Shown: positions 1-9,496 of the stretch, piece after piece | Layout of the letters: every line of letters starts with the position of its first letter | Numbering within the stretch: position 1 is the first letter of the stretch | Source of the DNA: a virus | Direction: 5' to 3' (one strand) | Virus record (IMG/VR): IMGVR_UViG_3300009285_000030 | DNA: 38,390 bases | Notes under the pieces: generated by a model | Database searches by the model: none | The model's input: only the letters and a program-made list of their open reading frames with translations | What the model was told of the DNA's origin: nothing | Made by a program: the position numbers and the translations under genes

Positions 1-77
1 TCCATAAGTTCAATAGCTTTTGCTAAAGATTTGTTTACTTGCTGTAACAGAGAAATTATCATCTTCAGTTCTTTCTG
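1..77. repeat. Terminal repeat copy 1, identical to 38314..38390; most likely a circular-assembly overlap
   Basis: The first 77 bases match the last 77 bases of the window letter for letter. Confidence 0.95.
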
Positions 78-85
78 TTCCATAG

Positions 86-277
86 TCAGGATTTCCCGTT
101 GTCTTTATCCGGACAAAACGGACAGGCTCTATAGACTTTCTCATGTCGGGCAACTGTGCCGTTCAATATATCTAAACGCTTCCCGATACCGATGTTTTGT
201 CTCAATATCCATCCTAATGAGCCAAAGACGGGAGTAAAGAATATTGCTAAAATCCCAAGTAGCATCGTCTCACTCAT
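86..277 (-). CDS. Small single-pass membrane protein, holin-like candidate (63 aa)
   Basis: It has one hydrophobic helix (LLGILAIFFTPVFGSLGWIL). Its ATG overlaps the stop of 274..810 (ATGA). It lies next to the putative lysin at the end of the late arm. Confidence 0.45.
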   Translation of the reverse strand: MSETMLLGILAIFFTPVFGSLGWILRQNIGIGKRLDILNGTVARHEKVYRACPFCPDKDNGKS

Positions 278-810
278 TTTTTCTTCTCCTCTAATTTAGC
301 AACTATCCGTGAAAGTAAGGGCGGTTCTTGCTCTGGTTGGATTTCCTTGCCCATATACCGGCAGAACTCCGCGAGATTTTCCCAACACATCTTTAGACCA
401 TTGACCACCCTGAATGGATGGTGAAAGTATATCATAGAGATACCGCCAAGAAACACCCAGAGGTAGGCAAGGACATCATAGGATTCGTCATTGTGCTCAT
501 CAGTATATTTGTCTATCTTCTCCTGGTCAGGTTCTTCCAGCCATCGGTAGATACGGCAATCGCCCATGTCATTGATGCTGGGATATGTTACCACCTCAAC
601 GCCCCGGGCTACCGCCTGTGAGGTAACAATATCATCGTCCGGGAGTATCCTAACAATGTAACCAGTATGCCAGGGTTTCCAGTCTCGTTTCAGCCAGCCA
701 GACTTGAAATCAATCAGACCTAGAAGGAAAGAGAGTACCTGAAAAACAAGTCCCTGCCCTTTCCACAGAATGGCATCTCCTGCCTTTGCTTCCTCTGGTT
801 TTATTCTCAT
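274..810 (-). CDS. Permuted papain-fold (NlpC/P60, YiiX-like) amidase/peptidase; candidate endolysin (178 aa)
   Basis: The motif order is GDAILW, then WHTGYIV, then YD, then MCWEN, with His before Cys as in permuted NlpC/P60-type enzymes. This is a by-eye call. Confidence 0.5.
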   Translation of the reverse strand: MRIKPEEAKAGDAILWKGQGLVFQVLSFLLGLIDFKSGWLKRDWKPWHTGYIVRILPDDDIVTSQAVARGVEVVTYPSINDMGDCRIYRWLEEPDQEKIDKYTDEHNDESYDVLAYLWVFLGGISMIYFHHPFRVVNGLKMCWENLAEFCRYMGKEIQPEQEPPLLSRIVAKLEEKKK

Positions 811-822
811 CTTTACTTTTCC

Positions 823-1854
823 TTATACTCCGTCTATCTCGGCTGGTGTAACACCGCCAAACTCAGCAACAGCTACACCAGAGAACTCTCCTGACCAACC
901 ATCTTCCCAACTTCCCAATGTTCCATAGGTAGGTTGATTGGCTGTCCAGTTACGGACTATGAAGTCATCAAACCAAGAATCATAGTCGTTTGTTGGAGTC
1001 CCTGTAAAGGCAAAGGCATTTGTATAACCACTAATGGTAAAAATAGTACAGTTTGCACTTACTCCATTGACCCATATCTTAAATGTATTGGCACTAAAAT
1101 CTATGTTAGTTATCTCAATTAAGTTCCAAGCATCAGCTAAGGCATTTAACCCTGTATCTTGATAAACAGAGCCATCATAGTAAACAACATCCTCATCTGC
1201 TTCTATGCGTGGCTGTAACCTTTCTACCCCATCGCTATGTTGCATAGTAATAGTAGCGAGGGTCTCTTTATACAGTCTAAATCTAATAGCCTTATTAAAT
1301 GAGGGAACTACTGTGGTTCTGCAAGTGGGTGTTGTACCTGTAACACCGTCTATTCTAGCTCCCCTTGTTCCCCCAAACTTCTGTCCTGTATCTATATAAA
1401 CATTTGTTACAGTTACCCAGTCCCCACCTATTGCGTCCTCATCACTTCCACGCTCCACATCATCCCCTTTGATAAAGGTATTGACTACACTGGAGGCATT
1501 CGTATCGGAGGCTTTTCCTGTGTAGATATAGAAGTTGGCGCTGTTCCCGCTGCCGCTGGGAATGTCTGTGTATTCCGCAAAGTAAATAGCTGGATTAGTT
1601 CCTGAGCCAGCTTCCTGCCAGCAGTCTATGAGGGTTTCTCCATCAGATTTTGTGAAGCGAATATCATCGGGGAAACTTAGCCCACGACTGCCTAGATAGA
1701 TAGTAGCTTCAGCTGGGTCTTTCGTATTGTCAATACTATTAGTTCCAGCACCACTATATAGCTTGACGATTAGCTGATATAGCGCTTGAGCACCATCATT
1801 AGTGCCGTTGACAGGTATCTGTAATCTGGAAGTATATCCAGTGAGCCAAGCCAT
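823..1854 (-). CDS. Tail fibre or receptor-binding protein with a DUF2341-like N-terminus and a lectin-like C-terminus (343 aa)
   Basis: WLTGYTSRLQIPV and DIRFTKSDGETLIDCWQE resemble DUF2341. The gene is distal in the tail module. Confidence 0.5.
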   Translation of the reverse strand: MAWLTGYTSRLQIPVNGTNDGAQALYQLIVKLYSGAGTNSIDNTKDPAEATIYLGSRGLSFPDDIRFTKSDGETLIDCWQEAGSGTNPAIYFAEYTDIPSGSGNSANFYIYTGKASDTNASSVVNTFIKGDDVERGSDEDAIGGDWVTVTNVYIDTGQKFGGTRGARIDGVTGTTPTCRTTVVPSFNKAIRFRLYKETLATITMQHSDGVERLQPRIEADEDVVYYDGSVYQDTGLNALADAWNLIEITNIDFSANTFKIWVNGVSANCTIFTISGYTNAFAFTGTPTNDYDSWFDDFIVRNWTANQPTYGTLGSWEDGWSGEFSGVAVAEFGGVTPAEIDGV

Positions 1855-1857
1855 CCT

Positions 1858-3180
1858 TTATCCTACCTTCACCCAATCAGGACTAACATTAACCGCTATC
1901 TCATCTGCACTCCACACATGACCGACAACTTTCTGGAATTGTCCTGTGGTCAACTCAGTCAGGGTCATATCTCCAGCCGTAGCAGCGCTGATAAATACTG
2001 GAGCACCTATTGTTGCCCAGTTCCAGTCATCTTCCCTGATAAAGCCTCTGGTCATAAGAACAATGGATTCTGTATCAGCACCACCTACAATCACTAATGC
2101 TACCATTGGACTAATGGTTGCCTCAGCATCCCCTTTAGCCAGAAGCCATTTACCAGAACTGGCAAGATAGACTACATCACCAAAGACTAAGGTAGCTCCA
2201 GCCGTGCCTGGGAAAGTATCTCCTGACCATTTACCATCAGCACTCAAGGCAGAGTCTAACTGTATTGCTTGCTCACCTATAAGCCAGTCGGCAGTCAGGG
2301 CAACGGAGCCATCCTTCTTCAATACCTCACTGTCAAGAGGATAAACAGTGTGAGGGTCAGCCTCCCCAGCGTGGGTTGTAATAGCAGCATCCCTTTCAGT
2401 AACACCATCTACCGTAGTAACTCCATGAGTTGAGGTATCGGCAGCGTGGATATCTACCTTACCCTGTGCTCCGACAGATGTCTCCAGTTCGGTATCAAGT
2501 TGCTCTTTTTCAATAACACCATCTTCATTGGAATCATAGACGGCTTTGGTCATATCGCCAGAGCCACCAGCATGACTGTGAAGGGCTGATTCCCCTCCAT
2601 CAGTCAGGTCAGCAGCGTTGACATCAGAGATATTATTGACTTCAGCCCCGGTCTCTATACCATCTAGCTTATCTTTCTGAGCTTGGGTCATGCCTTCATT
2701 GACCATATAAGTTGTCTGTGGTCTTTTCTCCATCATGTCATTGAGCCGGTCTATCTCCCCGGTCAGCCATTTTATATCATCCTTTACTTGAGCGAGTAAC
2801 TTGTTGATAGGCTCAAGGTCTGTCTCAAATACGCTGATATTTACTTTCTCCTGAACCATATCCACCCGGGATTTGTCCTGCTCAACAGTTGAGGTTAGCT
2901 GAGAGAGTCTATCAGTCAGTTGCTTCTGCTGTTCGGATAGGGACATGGTATTGGTTGTCTCGGCGGTGTTGATGTCCTTGATAGCATTGGTGAGTTTGGC
3001 AATATCTTTCTGTAGGGCAAGCAGTTCCGCGATGAGCTTTTTCTTTTCCTCGTCAGTATCCTGCGCCTGCTGAATGATGAGTTTCAGGGCAGCCACAAGC
3101 TCTTTATTATCAACAGGCAGCTTATTTATCTGGGACTTTTCTTTTCTTAAATCAGGTGCCTGAATCAGTTTTCTTACCAT
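1858..3180 (-). CDS. Tail fibre protein with an N-terminal coiled coil (440 aa)
   Basis: About 170 aa are heptad-rich. A Gly/Thr/Asp-rich region follows, with HSH and THG motifs common in phage fibres. Confidence 0.55.
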   Translation of the reverse strand: MVRKLIQAPDLRKEKSQINKLPVDNKELVAALKLIIQQAQDTDEEKKKLIAELLALQKDIAKLTNAIKDINTAETTNTMSLSEQQKQLTDRLSQLTSTVEQDKSRVDMVQEKVNISVFETDLEPINKLLAQVKDDIKWLTGEIDRLNDMMEKRPQTTYMVNEGMTQAQKDKLDGIETGAEVNNISDVNAADLTDGGESALHSHAGGSGDMTKAVYDSNEDGVIEKEQLDTELETSVGAQGKVDIHAADTSTHGVTTVDGVTERDAAITTHAGEADPHTVYPLDSEVLKKDGSVALTADWLIGEQAIQLDSALSADGKWSGDTFPGTAGATLVFGDVVYLASSGKWLLAKGDAEATISPMVALVIVGGADTESIVLMTRGFIREDDWNWATIGAPVFISAATAGDMTLTELTTGQFQKVVGHVWSADEIAVNVSPDWVKVG

Positions 3181-3783
3181 CTATACTACCGTTCCTTCAA
3201 GGTATCGTTCTACTCCATAGGCATCTAAATAACGAAATTGTGTCTGATATATCGCTATAGCTCCCTTCGCTTCGCCAGCGAGAGGGATACCATACTCCAT
3301 AAAGAGAGAGTCTCTCTCTTGAGAAGGAGGTGTGTAAGCTGTCCACGAAGCCCCAGAATCTGTGGTGGCTATCTCAGTCCCTCCTGAGTAAGTAGCATAG
3401 GAGCTAGTTTGCAGAGCAATGCCAACATAGTTGCTGATATCACCGGACAGGGCTTTAATATAGGCAGCATATTTCGTGCCACTCGTCAAAGAAGTAGCTG
3501 ATAGAGTAATTTCTACCCAAGCAAGGCTAGTTGTCAGGGCATCCCCGTCAAATGTTGCACTGACTAAATCAGCCCCAGTTGGTAGCCCGTTAACATCTGT
3601 GGCTGTAATATGAACACTGGCTGAACCAGGACTCCCAACCTTTTGAAGGTAGAATTTAATAGAGGTAAGATTATGGCTACCTGAAGGTGTAAAGGTCTGC
3701 CCAGCCCACTTAGCACCACCTGCCCAATCTGTAGACGGAATGGGGTCAGTAAGTTCAAAACTCTCAAACAATGTATCAGACAT
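3181..3783 (-). CDS. Virion or tail-associated protein (200 aa)
   Basis: The ORF abuts its neighbours with no gap. Its composition is beta-rich and Ser/Thr/Gly-rich. Confidence 0.4.
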   Translation of the reverse strand: MSDTLFESFELTDPIPSTDWAGGAKWAGQTFTPSGSHNLTSIKFYLQKVGSPGSASVHITATDVNGLPTGADLVSATFDGDALTTSLAWVEITLSATSLTSGTKYAAYIKALSGDISNYVGIALQTSSYATYSGGTEIATTDSGASWTAYTPPSQERDSLFMEYGIPLAGEAKGAIAIYQTQFRYLDAYGVERYLEGTVV

Positions 3784-3784
3784 T

Positions 3785-5347
3785 TTATTCTACCACCGGA
3801 ATAATCATTAAGTCAGTAACGTGCCACTTTGCCACTACGCCCCGGTTGATGAAGTCAATCAAAGCATTTTGGTTTTCATAGAGTATTTTTATCTCTTCCA
3901 TTAAATCGTAGAGCATATCTAAGATAGCATTAAACTGCCCCGCTAATTCTGGGGAAACACCTGCGCCAGCCCCTGAAATATAAGAAATACCTATGCTTTG
4001 AGTATTTACCCGCCCCAGACGGATATTCATACTGAAATCACCATCGCCACCCAGGTCTGGCGACTTGCAGTTGAACTGGATATACTGGACATTCCCTACT
4101 CGGCTGTCCTCATTCCGCCCATCGGTAACTTTTATATAGTCCCATATCTCCTGCCCGCAGTTTAGTGGAACTCTGACTGAACCTCTTTCGGCATCAAGCT
4201 CATAGCGAGCTATAATCGCCTCTGCTATAGACGTGCCTTGAGCACTAGAGGCTAATCTTCTATAGGTGGTATGTATTTTCTTCTTTAAGGCATAGCTAGT
4301 CGCACTCGTAGCATTACCTGTATATTGGGGCGAATGGTCAGGATGAGACTTGACTATCTCTTTATTTGGATTGACAAAGCGGTTTCTCAAAGCCTTACTG
4401 AGAAAGGTATGGTATGTATCCACCAGCAGGCGGTATTCGTAATTATAAACTTCACCGCTTGTCGTAGGAACTAAAACATGGATTGCCCCATCCGCCTCAG
4501 CCCTTCTCTTACAACCAGTATAGTTCAAAAGCTCTTGAATCTTATCATCCCTGTTTTCGTTTATATTCACCGAGAAGTAATCGGCAGGGATAAAGGAATC
4601 AATGAGGGAGTCCTCGCTGTCATACGTTACCGTGTAAGCGGTGTAGTTCGTGTAAGGCGCTAGAGTAGCAGCAGCAATAGCTGTAATTAAATCCTTGCAG
4701 GTATTGGTATCCGAGCTTTGCTGAGTGTACTCAGATTCAGCCTTATCGCCCCTCATGTCATTGGGTATGCCAGTCAAGTAAAGCCTGCAAATTAGCTGTG
4801 TCTCTGAGGATATGAACTCCTGTCCTTCTATTTTTAGCGGGGCCCGGGGAGCATACTCATCGCCGGCATTGCCATCCATCTCCCAGGTTACTGTGCCATC
4901 GGTTACTCTGACTCCGAGGTCTGTCGGCCAGGTGGGTTCAGTGGTGGCATGGGAAGTGCCCGCCACGACACACTTATACTGGTATCCATTGGCGGTAGTG
5001 GGAATAACAATGCCAGCAGCGGATACCCCTTTAACATAGGTTACGTAAGCGGTGTTGGCTACCCATGCACTACGACTCACCCCAGTGTGGTAACCATAGT
5101 GGATAACCCCCTGGTACTGTTCAAAGTTTATGTCGTTAAGGGCAAGGTCGGAGTTCTGGAGCAAGACCTCGGATACTCCATTATCCTCTTCCTCGGTATG
5201 CTGGATTTGAAGCACACGACTCCGGTCATAGCCCCTTGTAGTTTGCCCTGATAATGAGAGAATGATTTTCCAAAGTTGCTCATGCGCTGCCCCTGTAACG
5301 CCAGCACCCTTCTGAGTAGCGAGTAAGGTCGCCGATAAGCCTATCAA
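3785..5347 (-). CDS. Large tail or hub structural protein (520 aa, TTG start)
   Basis: GGGAGA lies upstream of the TTG. It contains YKCVVAGTSHATTEPTWPTDLGVRVTDGTVTWE, a motif I recall from phage tail proteins. Confidence 0.45.
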   Translation of the reverse strand: MIGLSATLLATQKGAGVTGAAHEQLWKIILSLSGQTTRGYDRSRVLQIQHTEEEDNGVSEVLLQNSDLALNDINFEQYQGVIHYGYHTGVSRSAWVANTAYVTYVKGVSAAGIVIPTTANGYQYKCVVAGTSHATTEPTWPTDLGVRVTDGTVTWEMDGNAGDEYAPRAPLKIEGQEFISSETQLICRLYLTGIPNDMRGDKAESEYTQQSSDTNTCKDLITAIAAATLAPYTNYTAYTVTYDSEDSLIDSFIPADYFSVNINENRDDKIQELLNYTGCKRRAEADGAIHVLVPTTSGEVYNYEYRLLVDTYHTFLSKALRNRFVNPNKEIVKSHPDHSPQYTGNATSATSYALKKKIHTTYRRLASSAQGTSIAEAIIARYELDAERGSVRVPLNCGQEIWDYIKVTDGRNEDSRVGNVQYIQFNCKSPDLGGDGDFSMNIRLGRVNTQSIGISYISGAGAGVSPELAGQFNAILDMLYDLMEEIKILYENQNALIDFINRGVVAKWHVTDLMIIPVVE

Positions 5348-5359
5348 TCATTATCTCCC

Positions 5360-6466
5360 TTATGGTAAAGCTATACTCGGAGCTAAATCGCCTTCCAGCC
5401 TTTTGATTTCTGCTATGGCTGAGTCGTAACGCAGCTTGCCCCATTCCCACATATAGCGGTATGGATTGGGGCCGTAGTTAATCTTATTGATGTAGCTTCG
5501 GGCTTTGCTCATGGCTACCTTGCCAGCTACTAAGTCAGCGAATAATCCTTCAGATTGGAAATCCAGTGTGTTGCTGATAAAGCGGACAGTGGTATCATCA
5601 ACAGTGGCATCGGATAAAGGTGGGAAGAAAGTTACATCACTTTCCCCACTGGTCAGGGTTCTCTGGTAGTCTGCAACATAAATGCCCCTTACGCCGTCAA
5701 TCTTGAATGACTGCCCTTTGAGAATAACATCACTGGCGGTCATATCGTCTATATGAACTGTAGTAACGCCGGCAGCATAACCGGCAACTAAGTCAATCTT
5801 GCCTAAGAGAGTGGTCAGTTTAGATAGCCAGTGCATTAGCTTAAAGTAAATCCAGACCTCATCGGCAGCATCGGAGTCTTTGGTGTTGGGTGGCTCGGCA
5901 TCTACCTTGAGCCTTAAAATATTATTTTCCTGCATCTCCCATTGACCCCGCCTGAGAAAGGATGGCGGGTCTTGAAGAATAGGATACTCAATCTTCTCAA
6001 TAGCAAGCCAGTCAAAAAGACGGCTACCCAAAGCTCCGTCTGCTTGCTGTGGAGCTTCAAGATTGATTTCCTTGCTGTCGGTACATCCCTTATTGAACAT
6101 CTGGTAACTTTCGCCAGATGCCATAATATCCTTAGAGAGAGTCAGTTGAGTAGCTGAGACATAAGCCGTGACCTGCGCCCAGGTGCGGTCAGTCTCATTG
6201 TAAATCCACTTGCCCACATCACCTGAGAGGAACTGGTCTAGGGTAGTATCCACAAGAGCACTGGCCGTTGTCGCACTTGCTGTGCCCTTACGGCTTTCAA
6301 GATTGAACTCAGCCTTGTAGATATAAGGGCGGTATTGCCCGAACTCACGCAAGCCCTCGGTAATGCCGAGGTCAATCTCTGTTGGGCTGAAGACAGCGTT
6401 ACCGGTATCCTGTAGCTTCTGTTCTATTAAATCCCGCATTGTAGAATGGGTTTCAGGAAATGCCAT
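5360..6466 (-). CDS. Virion structural protein, adaptor or tail candidate (368 aa)
   Basis: It is a long ORF within the tightly packed structural module. Confidence 0.4.
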   Translation of the reverse strand: MAFPETHSTMRDLIEQKLQDTGNAVFSPTEIDLGITEGLREFGQYRPYIYKAEFNLESRKGTASATTASALVDTTLDQFLSGDVGKWIYNETDRTWAQVTAYVSATQLTLSKDIMASGESYQMFNKGCTDSKEINLEAPQQADGALGSRLFDWLAIEKIEYPILQDPPSFLRRGQWEMQENNILRLKVDAEPPNTKDSDAADEVWIYFKLMHWLSKLTTLLGKIDLVAGYAAGVTTVHIDDMTASDVILKGQSFKIDGVRGIYVADYQRTLTSGESDVTFFPPLSDATVDDTTVRFISNTLDFQSEGLFADLVAGKVAMSKARSYINKINYGPNPYRYMWEWGKLRYDSAIAEIKRLEGDLAPSIALP

Positions 6467-6477
6467 ACATCACCTCA

Positions 6478-6738
6478 CTAAATTTCTTGCTCTACACAGG
6501 GCTGAGGATTAGCCTCATCGTGTTTACAAATGTGGTAAGTGAATCTCACCGTTGCTTCTTCATTGGCATAACCTTCATTTATCTTCCTTGTAAAGGATTT
6601 GATAGCCCTGAGTTCATCTCTCAAGGTAGGTAAATGATTAACCACAGTCTGCGGTAATTTAATTCCCAAAGAAGGAACTAAAACGCCATTGGGGTCTTCG
6701 GGAATAAAGCCATCTATTTGATAACGCAATCCAGCCAT
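6478..6738 (-). CDS. Hypothetical protein (86 aa; start moved to the internal ATG)
   Basis: The ATG overlaps the TAA of 6738..7562 (TAATG). GGAGG lies 9 nt upstream. Confidence 0.5.
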   Translation of the reverse strand: MAGLRYQIDGFIPEDPNGVLVPSLGIKLPQTVVNHLPTLRDELRAIKSFTRKINEGYANEEATVRFTYHICKHDEANPQPCVEQEI

Positions 6739-7562
6739 TAGACATACCTCCATTTGCTCGTATTATAGATATGAAGAATCTCTCCCACTGATAAGGCTCG
6801 GCTATAAACCCAGACTTCTCCCATAATACCCGCCAGTGGCACGGAGACAGCAGCGTTCCTTGAGCCAATAGCAAAGTTATTGGTTGACTGGATAGTATTG
6901 CTGCCTAAAGTGTTCACCTCATCCGTGTCAGCAAGAAGAACCCCAGCTGAATAAAGGAGAACACCAGTGGTTAATCCCGAACCAGAATAGGTTGCAGCCA
7001 GGAAAAGATTGGCATTTGTATCTGTAAAGGTGCTATTACTAGCAACACTAAGATATAAACTTCCAGCAACAGCGTTACATAATTCAAATCTGAACTTATT
7101 ATCACTACTCAAAACAATGTTCCAGCCTCGGTAAGGAACATCACTACCCCTTTTCCCTGCTATGAAGTGAGTTGCTCCATTAGTTGTTCTCTTTACCCAA
7201 GCAAAGACCGAGAATGGGTCAGTTCGTTCAAAGTTCAAAGTGGATATGTTTCCCAAGTTTATATTGTCATCTATACCATCAAAGGTTCTGCCAGTTGAAC
7301 CCCAGACAGCCCCTGTAACAGTGCAGGAATGCCTATACAAGTCAACTGACTTGAATTTGCTACCCCTGCACAGATATAGCGGAGCATATAATACCAACCC
7401 ATTGGTAGGAAAGTCATACTCCCTTACCCCATTTCTGATAGCCGACTTGTATAAAGGATTATCGTTAGGCTGATAAAGGGCATTAGACCTTTTCTGCTCT
7501 GGCTTCCAGATGTCGGGTCGCAGTCTTTCTTTTGAGAGTCCATTTCTAACTGTCTGTAACAT
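6738..7562 (-). CDS. LamG-domain (concanavalin A-like lectin) structural protein (274 aa)
   Basis: FDGIDDNINLGN, FSVFAWVK and GEVWVYSRALSVGEILHIYN match the usual LamG_3 pattern. Confidence 0.6.
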   Translation of the reverse strand: MLQTVRNGLSKERLRPDIWKPEQKRSNALYQPNDNPLYKSAIRNGVREYDFPTNGLVLYAPLYLCRGSKFKSVDLYRHSCTVTGAVWGSTGRTFDGIDDNINLGNISTLNFERTDPFSVFAWVKRTTNGATHFIAGKRGSDVPYRGWNIVLSSDNKFRFELCNAVAGSLYLSVASNSTFTDTNANLFLAATYSGSGLTTGVLLYSAGVLLADTDEVNTLGSNTIQSTNNFAIGSRNAAVSVPLAGIMGEVWVYSRALSVGEILHIYNTSKWRYV

Positions 7563-7572
7563 TGGCTACTCC

Positions 7573-7941
7573 TTATATCAACTCATAGACTATTCGGAGT
7601 CCATAAGTTCTGACATCAGTATTGGTGTAGGCTATGTCAATTTCATCATTAGGCGCAAACTCATAGCCTTTACCAAATGGAATAATCAAATCGGTAACAC
7701 TACCTACTGATAAGTCCTCTTTGTGCAAAACTGTATCATAGGCAGCACCATCGCCAGCATCCACAGTAACAGTAAAGTTCTCAGATGTAGTAGGGGCTGC
7801 GCTAAGATGAAGTAAAACTGCTAGTAGCCTGAAGGTAGTTCCTGGGGAAACAGCTTCGGCTATCGCCGCTGCCCCTGTGCTCCTTGCGAAGCGGTATCTT
7901 TTATCACTTCGCCCTGTGTAACCTTTAGTTGTTAATGCCAT
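7573..7941 (-). CDS. Hypothetical virion protein (122 aa)
   Basis: The ORF lies in the structural module with an RBS-like AGGAGG upstream. Confidence 0.45.
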   Translation of the reverse strand: MALTTKGYTGRSDKRYRFARSTGAAAIAEAVSPGTTFRLLAVLLHLSAAPTTSENFTVTVDAGDGAAYDTVLHKEDLSVGSVTDLIIPFGKGYEFAPNDEIDIAYTNTDVRTYGLRIVYELI

Positions 7942-7986
7942 TTAACCATCCTCCTTCTTTTTATTTACTCCTCCTCCCCCTCCACC

Positions 7987-8169
7987 CTATGATTTCTTTT
8001 TCTTAATCGGGCCAGAAGCCATGTCTCTGAGTTCTTCCTCGGACATGGAATCCTTCATCTTACGGCAGGCTTCTTCCGCCTCTGGGGTATTGAACTTCGG
8101 CTTATCGCCCCGCTTCCATGCCAGAGCCATCCCCGCCATGCGTCTCTGAGACTCCGAATATGGACTCAT
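7987..8169 (-). CDS. Small basic protein, DUF3008-like (60 aa)
   Basis: The QRRMAGMALAWKRGD and MSEEELRDMA pattern is present. There is an ATGA overlap with the upstream gene. Confidence 0.4.
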   Translation of the reverse strand: MSPYSESQRRMAGMALAWKRGDKPKFNTPEAEEACRKMKDSMSEEELRDMASGPIKKKKS

Positions 8170-8594
8170 CTCATTCCCTCCTTAGTTATCCGTTCAAGGG
8201 TTTTCTTTCTCTTGCCCTTTGGCGCTTTCATAGTCTCAGTAACCACATTCTTGAGAGCCACAGTAGCCAGTCTTGGTTCGGCTTTCTTGACTCTTTCTTT
8301 CTCTTGGGCTATCGCTTCATCAGCCACGTAGTCAACCTCTTCCTTTTCCAGAGCACCGTAACTGGGAATGAGAATTGGTAGCCCACCAGTCTCTCTAGAA
8401 CTGATAAAGCGTCCTCTGGATTTATTGCCAAGAGGCAATCGTTCCCTTTCATGGATTACCGCTGGTGCTGGCACAGACATTATCTTCTCAAGAAGACGAC
8501 CACAGTTAGGGCATATTACTGTTGGGTATTTGCCGAATGGGAATAATCTCGTTTCAACACGTCCACAAGTACATTTATATTCGTAAATTGGCAT
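8166..8594 (-). CDS. FmdB-type CxxC/CxxC zinc-ribbon protein (142 aa)
   Basis: The N-terminus is MPIYEYKCTCG...CPNCG. Confidence 0.6.
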   Translation of the reverse strand: MPIYEYKCTCGRVETRLFPFGKYPTVICPNCGRLLEKIMSVPAPAVIHERERLPLGNKSRGRFISSRETGGLPILIPSYGALEKEEVDYVADEAIAQEKERVKKAEPRLATVALKNVVTETMKAPKGKRKKTLERITKEGMR

Positions 8595-8596
8595 AT

Positions 8597-8941
8597 CTAC
8601 ACCGCCTGGAATCCTACCAGCAATCCTTTCTTAAAAGTGAATTTGTATCCCCCGACTGTCCGCTCACCAGTTAGTCCAGCATCGCCGTCAGCCGATACAG
8701 TTCCAGTGAAGTTGATATTGCCGTGAGTAGAATGTTCGTGACTGGAATCAGCTTTACTATCCAGAGCATCACTCAATCCCGTTATGGCAGATAAGGCAAT
8801 CGGCAGAGGAATATCATAATCACCTGTTTCAGGATTGTAACGATATAGCCCACCAGTCTCAGGGTCAACCTTTATCCACTTAGTTCTATCAGGATTTGTG
8901 TTTATCCACCCATTTTTGAACTCATCAGGCATTTTCGCCAT
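8597..8941 (-). CDS. Small fibre-like structural protein (114 aa)
   Basis: ITGLSDALDSKADSSHEHSTHG resembles a fibre motif. Confidence 0.4.
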   Translation of the reverse strand: MAKMPDEFKNGWINTNPDRTKWIKVDPETGGLYRYNPETGDYDIPLPIALSAITGLSDALDSKADSSHEHSTHGNINFTGTVSADGDAGLTGERTVGGYKFTFKKGLLVGFQAV

Positions 8942-9224
8942 CTCCTCTGTTTAGAACTCTGGCTTTTTCGTGCACTTCTTCCTTATATTCACTTAAAGCC
9001 TTTCTCACCGCCGTGTCTTTCATTATATGTTGTCTATCGTAAACCCTCACCGGGTCGTTATAATCTAATTTTTCGGTGTGGTGAACTCGGAAGAATCCAA
9101 TAGATGACAGTAAGCGCCGGGAGTCTTTACCACATTTGGGGCAAGGGCATAGACTATTTGAGTTAATTCGGGATATGACCTCAAATGTCCCATGCTCTGG
9201 ACACTGATATTCGTAAATCGCCAT
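8925..9224 (-). CDS. FmdB-like zinc-ribbon protein with a degenerate first knuckle (99 aa)
   Basis: The N-terminus is MAIYEYQCPEHG...CPCPKCG. Confidence 0.5.
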   Translation of the reverse strand: MAIYEYQCPEHGTFEVISRINSNSLCPCPKCGKDSRRLLSSIGFFRVHHTEKLDYNDPVRVYDRQHIMKDTAVRKALSEYKEEVHEKARVLNRGDGENA

Positions 9225-9454
9225 TAAATATCCTCTGGCTCAAGCGCCTTACCAGTTGGTACTTTTGTCAGTATTTCGGGGTACGGGAGTTTAGGTGTTA
9301 ATGCAGAATCCCCTTTCCCCCAGTCCAGATTCTTTTTGAGTAGCCATGTTTTCTCACGGGAAAAGCGTAACATCCTCACCTTATAGGCCAGCTTTAGCCC
9401 TTGCCTATCCTTAAAGCAACTGAACTGAAAGCCGAAATAAAATCCTTTTCTCAT
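9224..9454 (-). CDS. Hypothetical protein (76 aa)
   Basis: Its stop overlaps the next start (TAATG). No SD is present, and a GC hairpin sits 8 nt upstream. Confidence 0.4.
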   Translation of the reverse strand: MRKGFYFGFQFSCFKDRQGLKLAYKVRMLRFSREKTWLLKKNLDWGKGDSALTPKLPYPEILTKVPTGKALEPEDI

Positions 9455-9462
9455 TTGTGGTA

Positions 9463-9489
9463 AGGGGGAGGGGAATTACCCCTCCCCCT
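9463..9489 (-). promoter_or_regulatory. Perfect 11-bp GC-rich hairpin with a 5-nt loop, between two small ORFs
   Basis: AGGGGGAGGGG, loop AATTA, then CCCCTCCCCCT. There is no U-tract after it on the coding strand. Confidence 0.6.
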
Positions 9490-9496
9490 CTGCCTC

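Noticed and set aside
1-77. The 77-bp repeat as a phage direct terminal repeat or an att site.
   Set aside because: The identity ends exactly at the window edges and an ORF crosses it. There is no integrase and no flanking host DNA. An assembly overlap is the simpler explanation.
823-7562. A diversity-generating retroelement acting on the lectin-like tail genes.
   Set aside because: No reverse transcriptase ORF was found anywhere in the window, and I saw no template/variable repeat pair.
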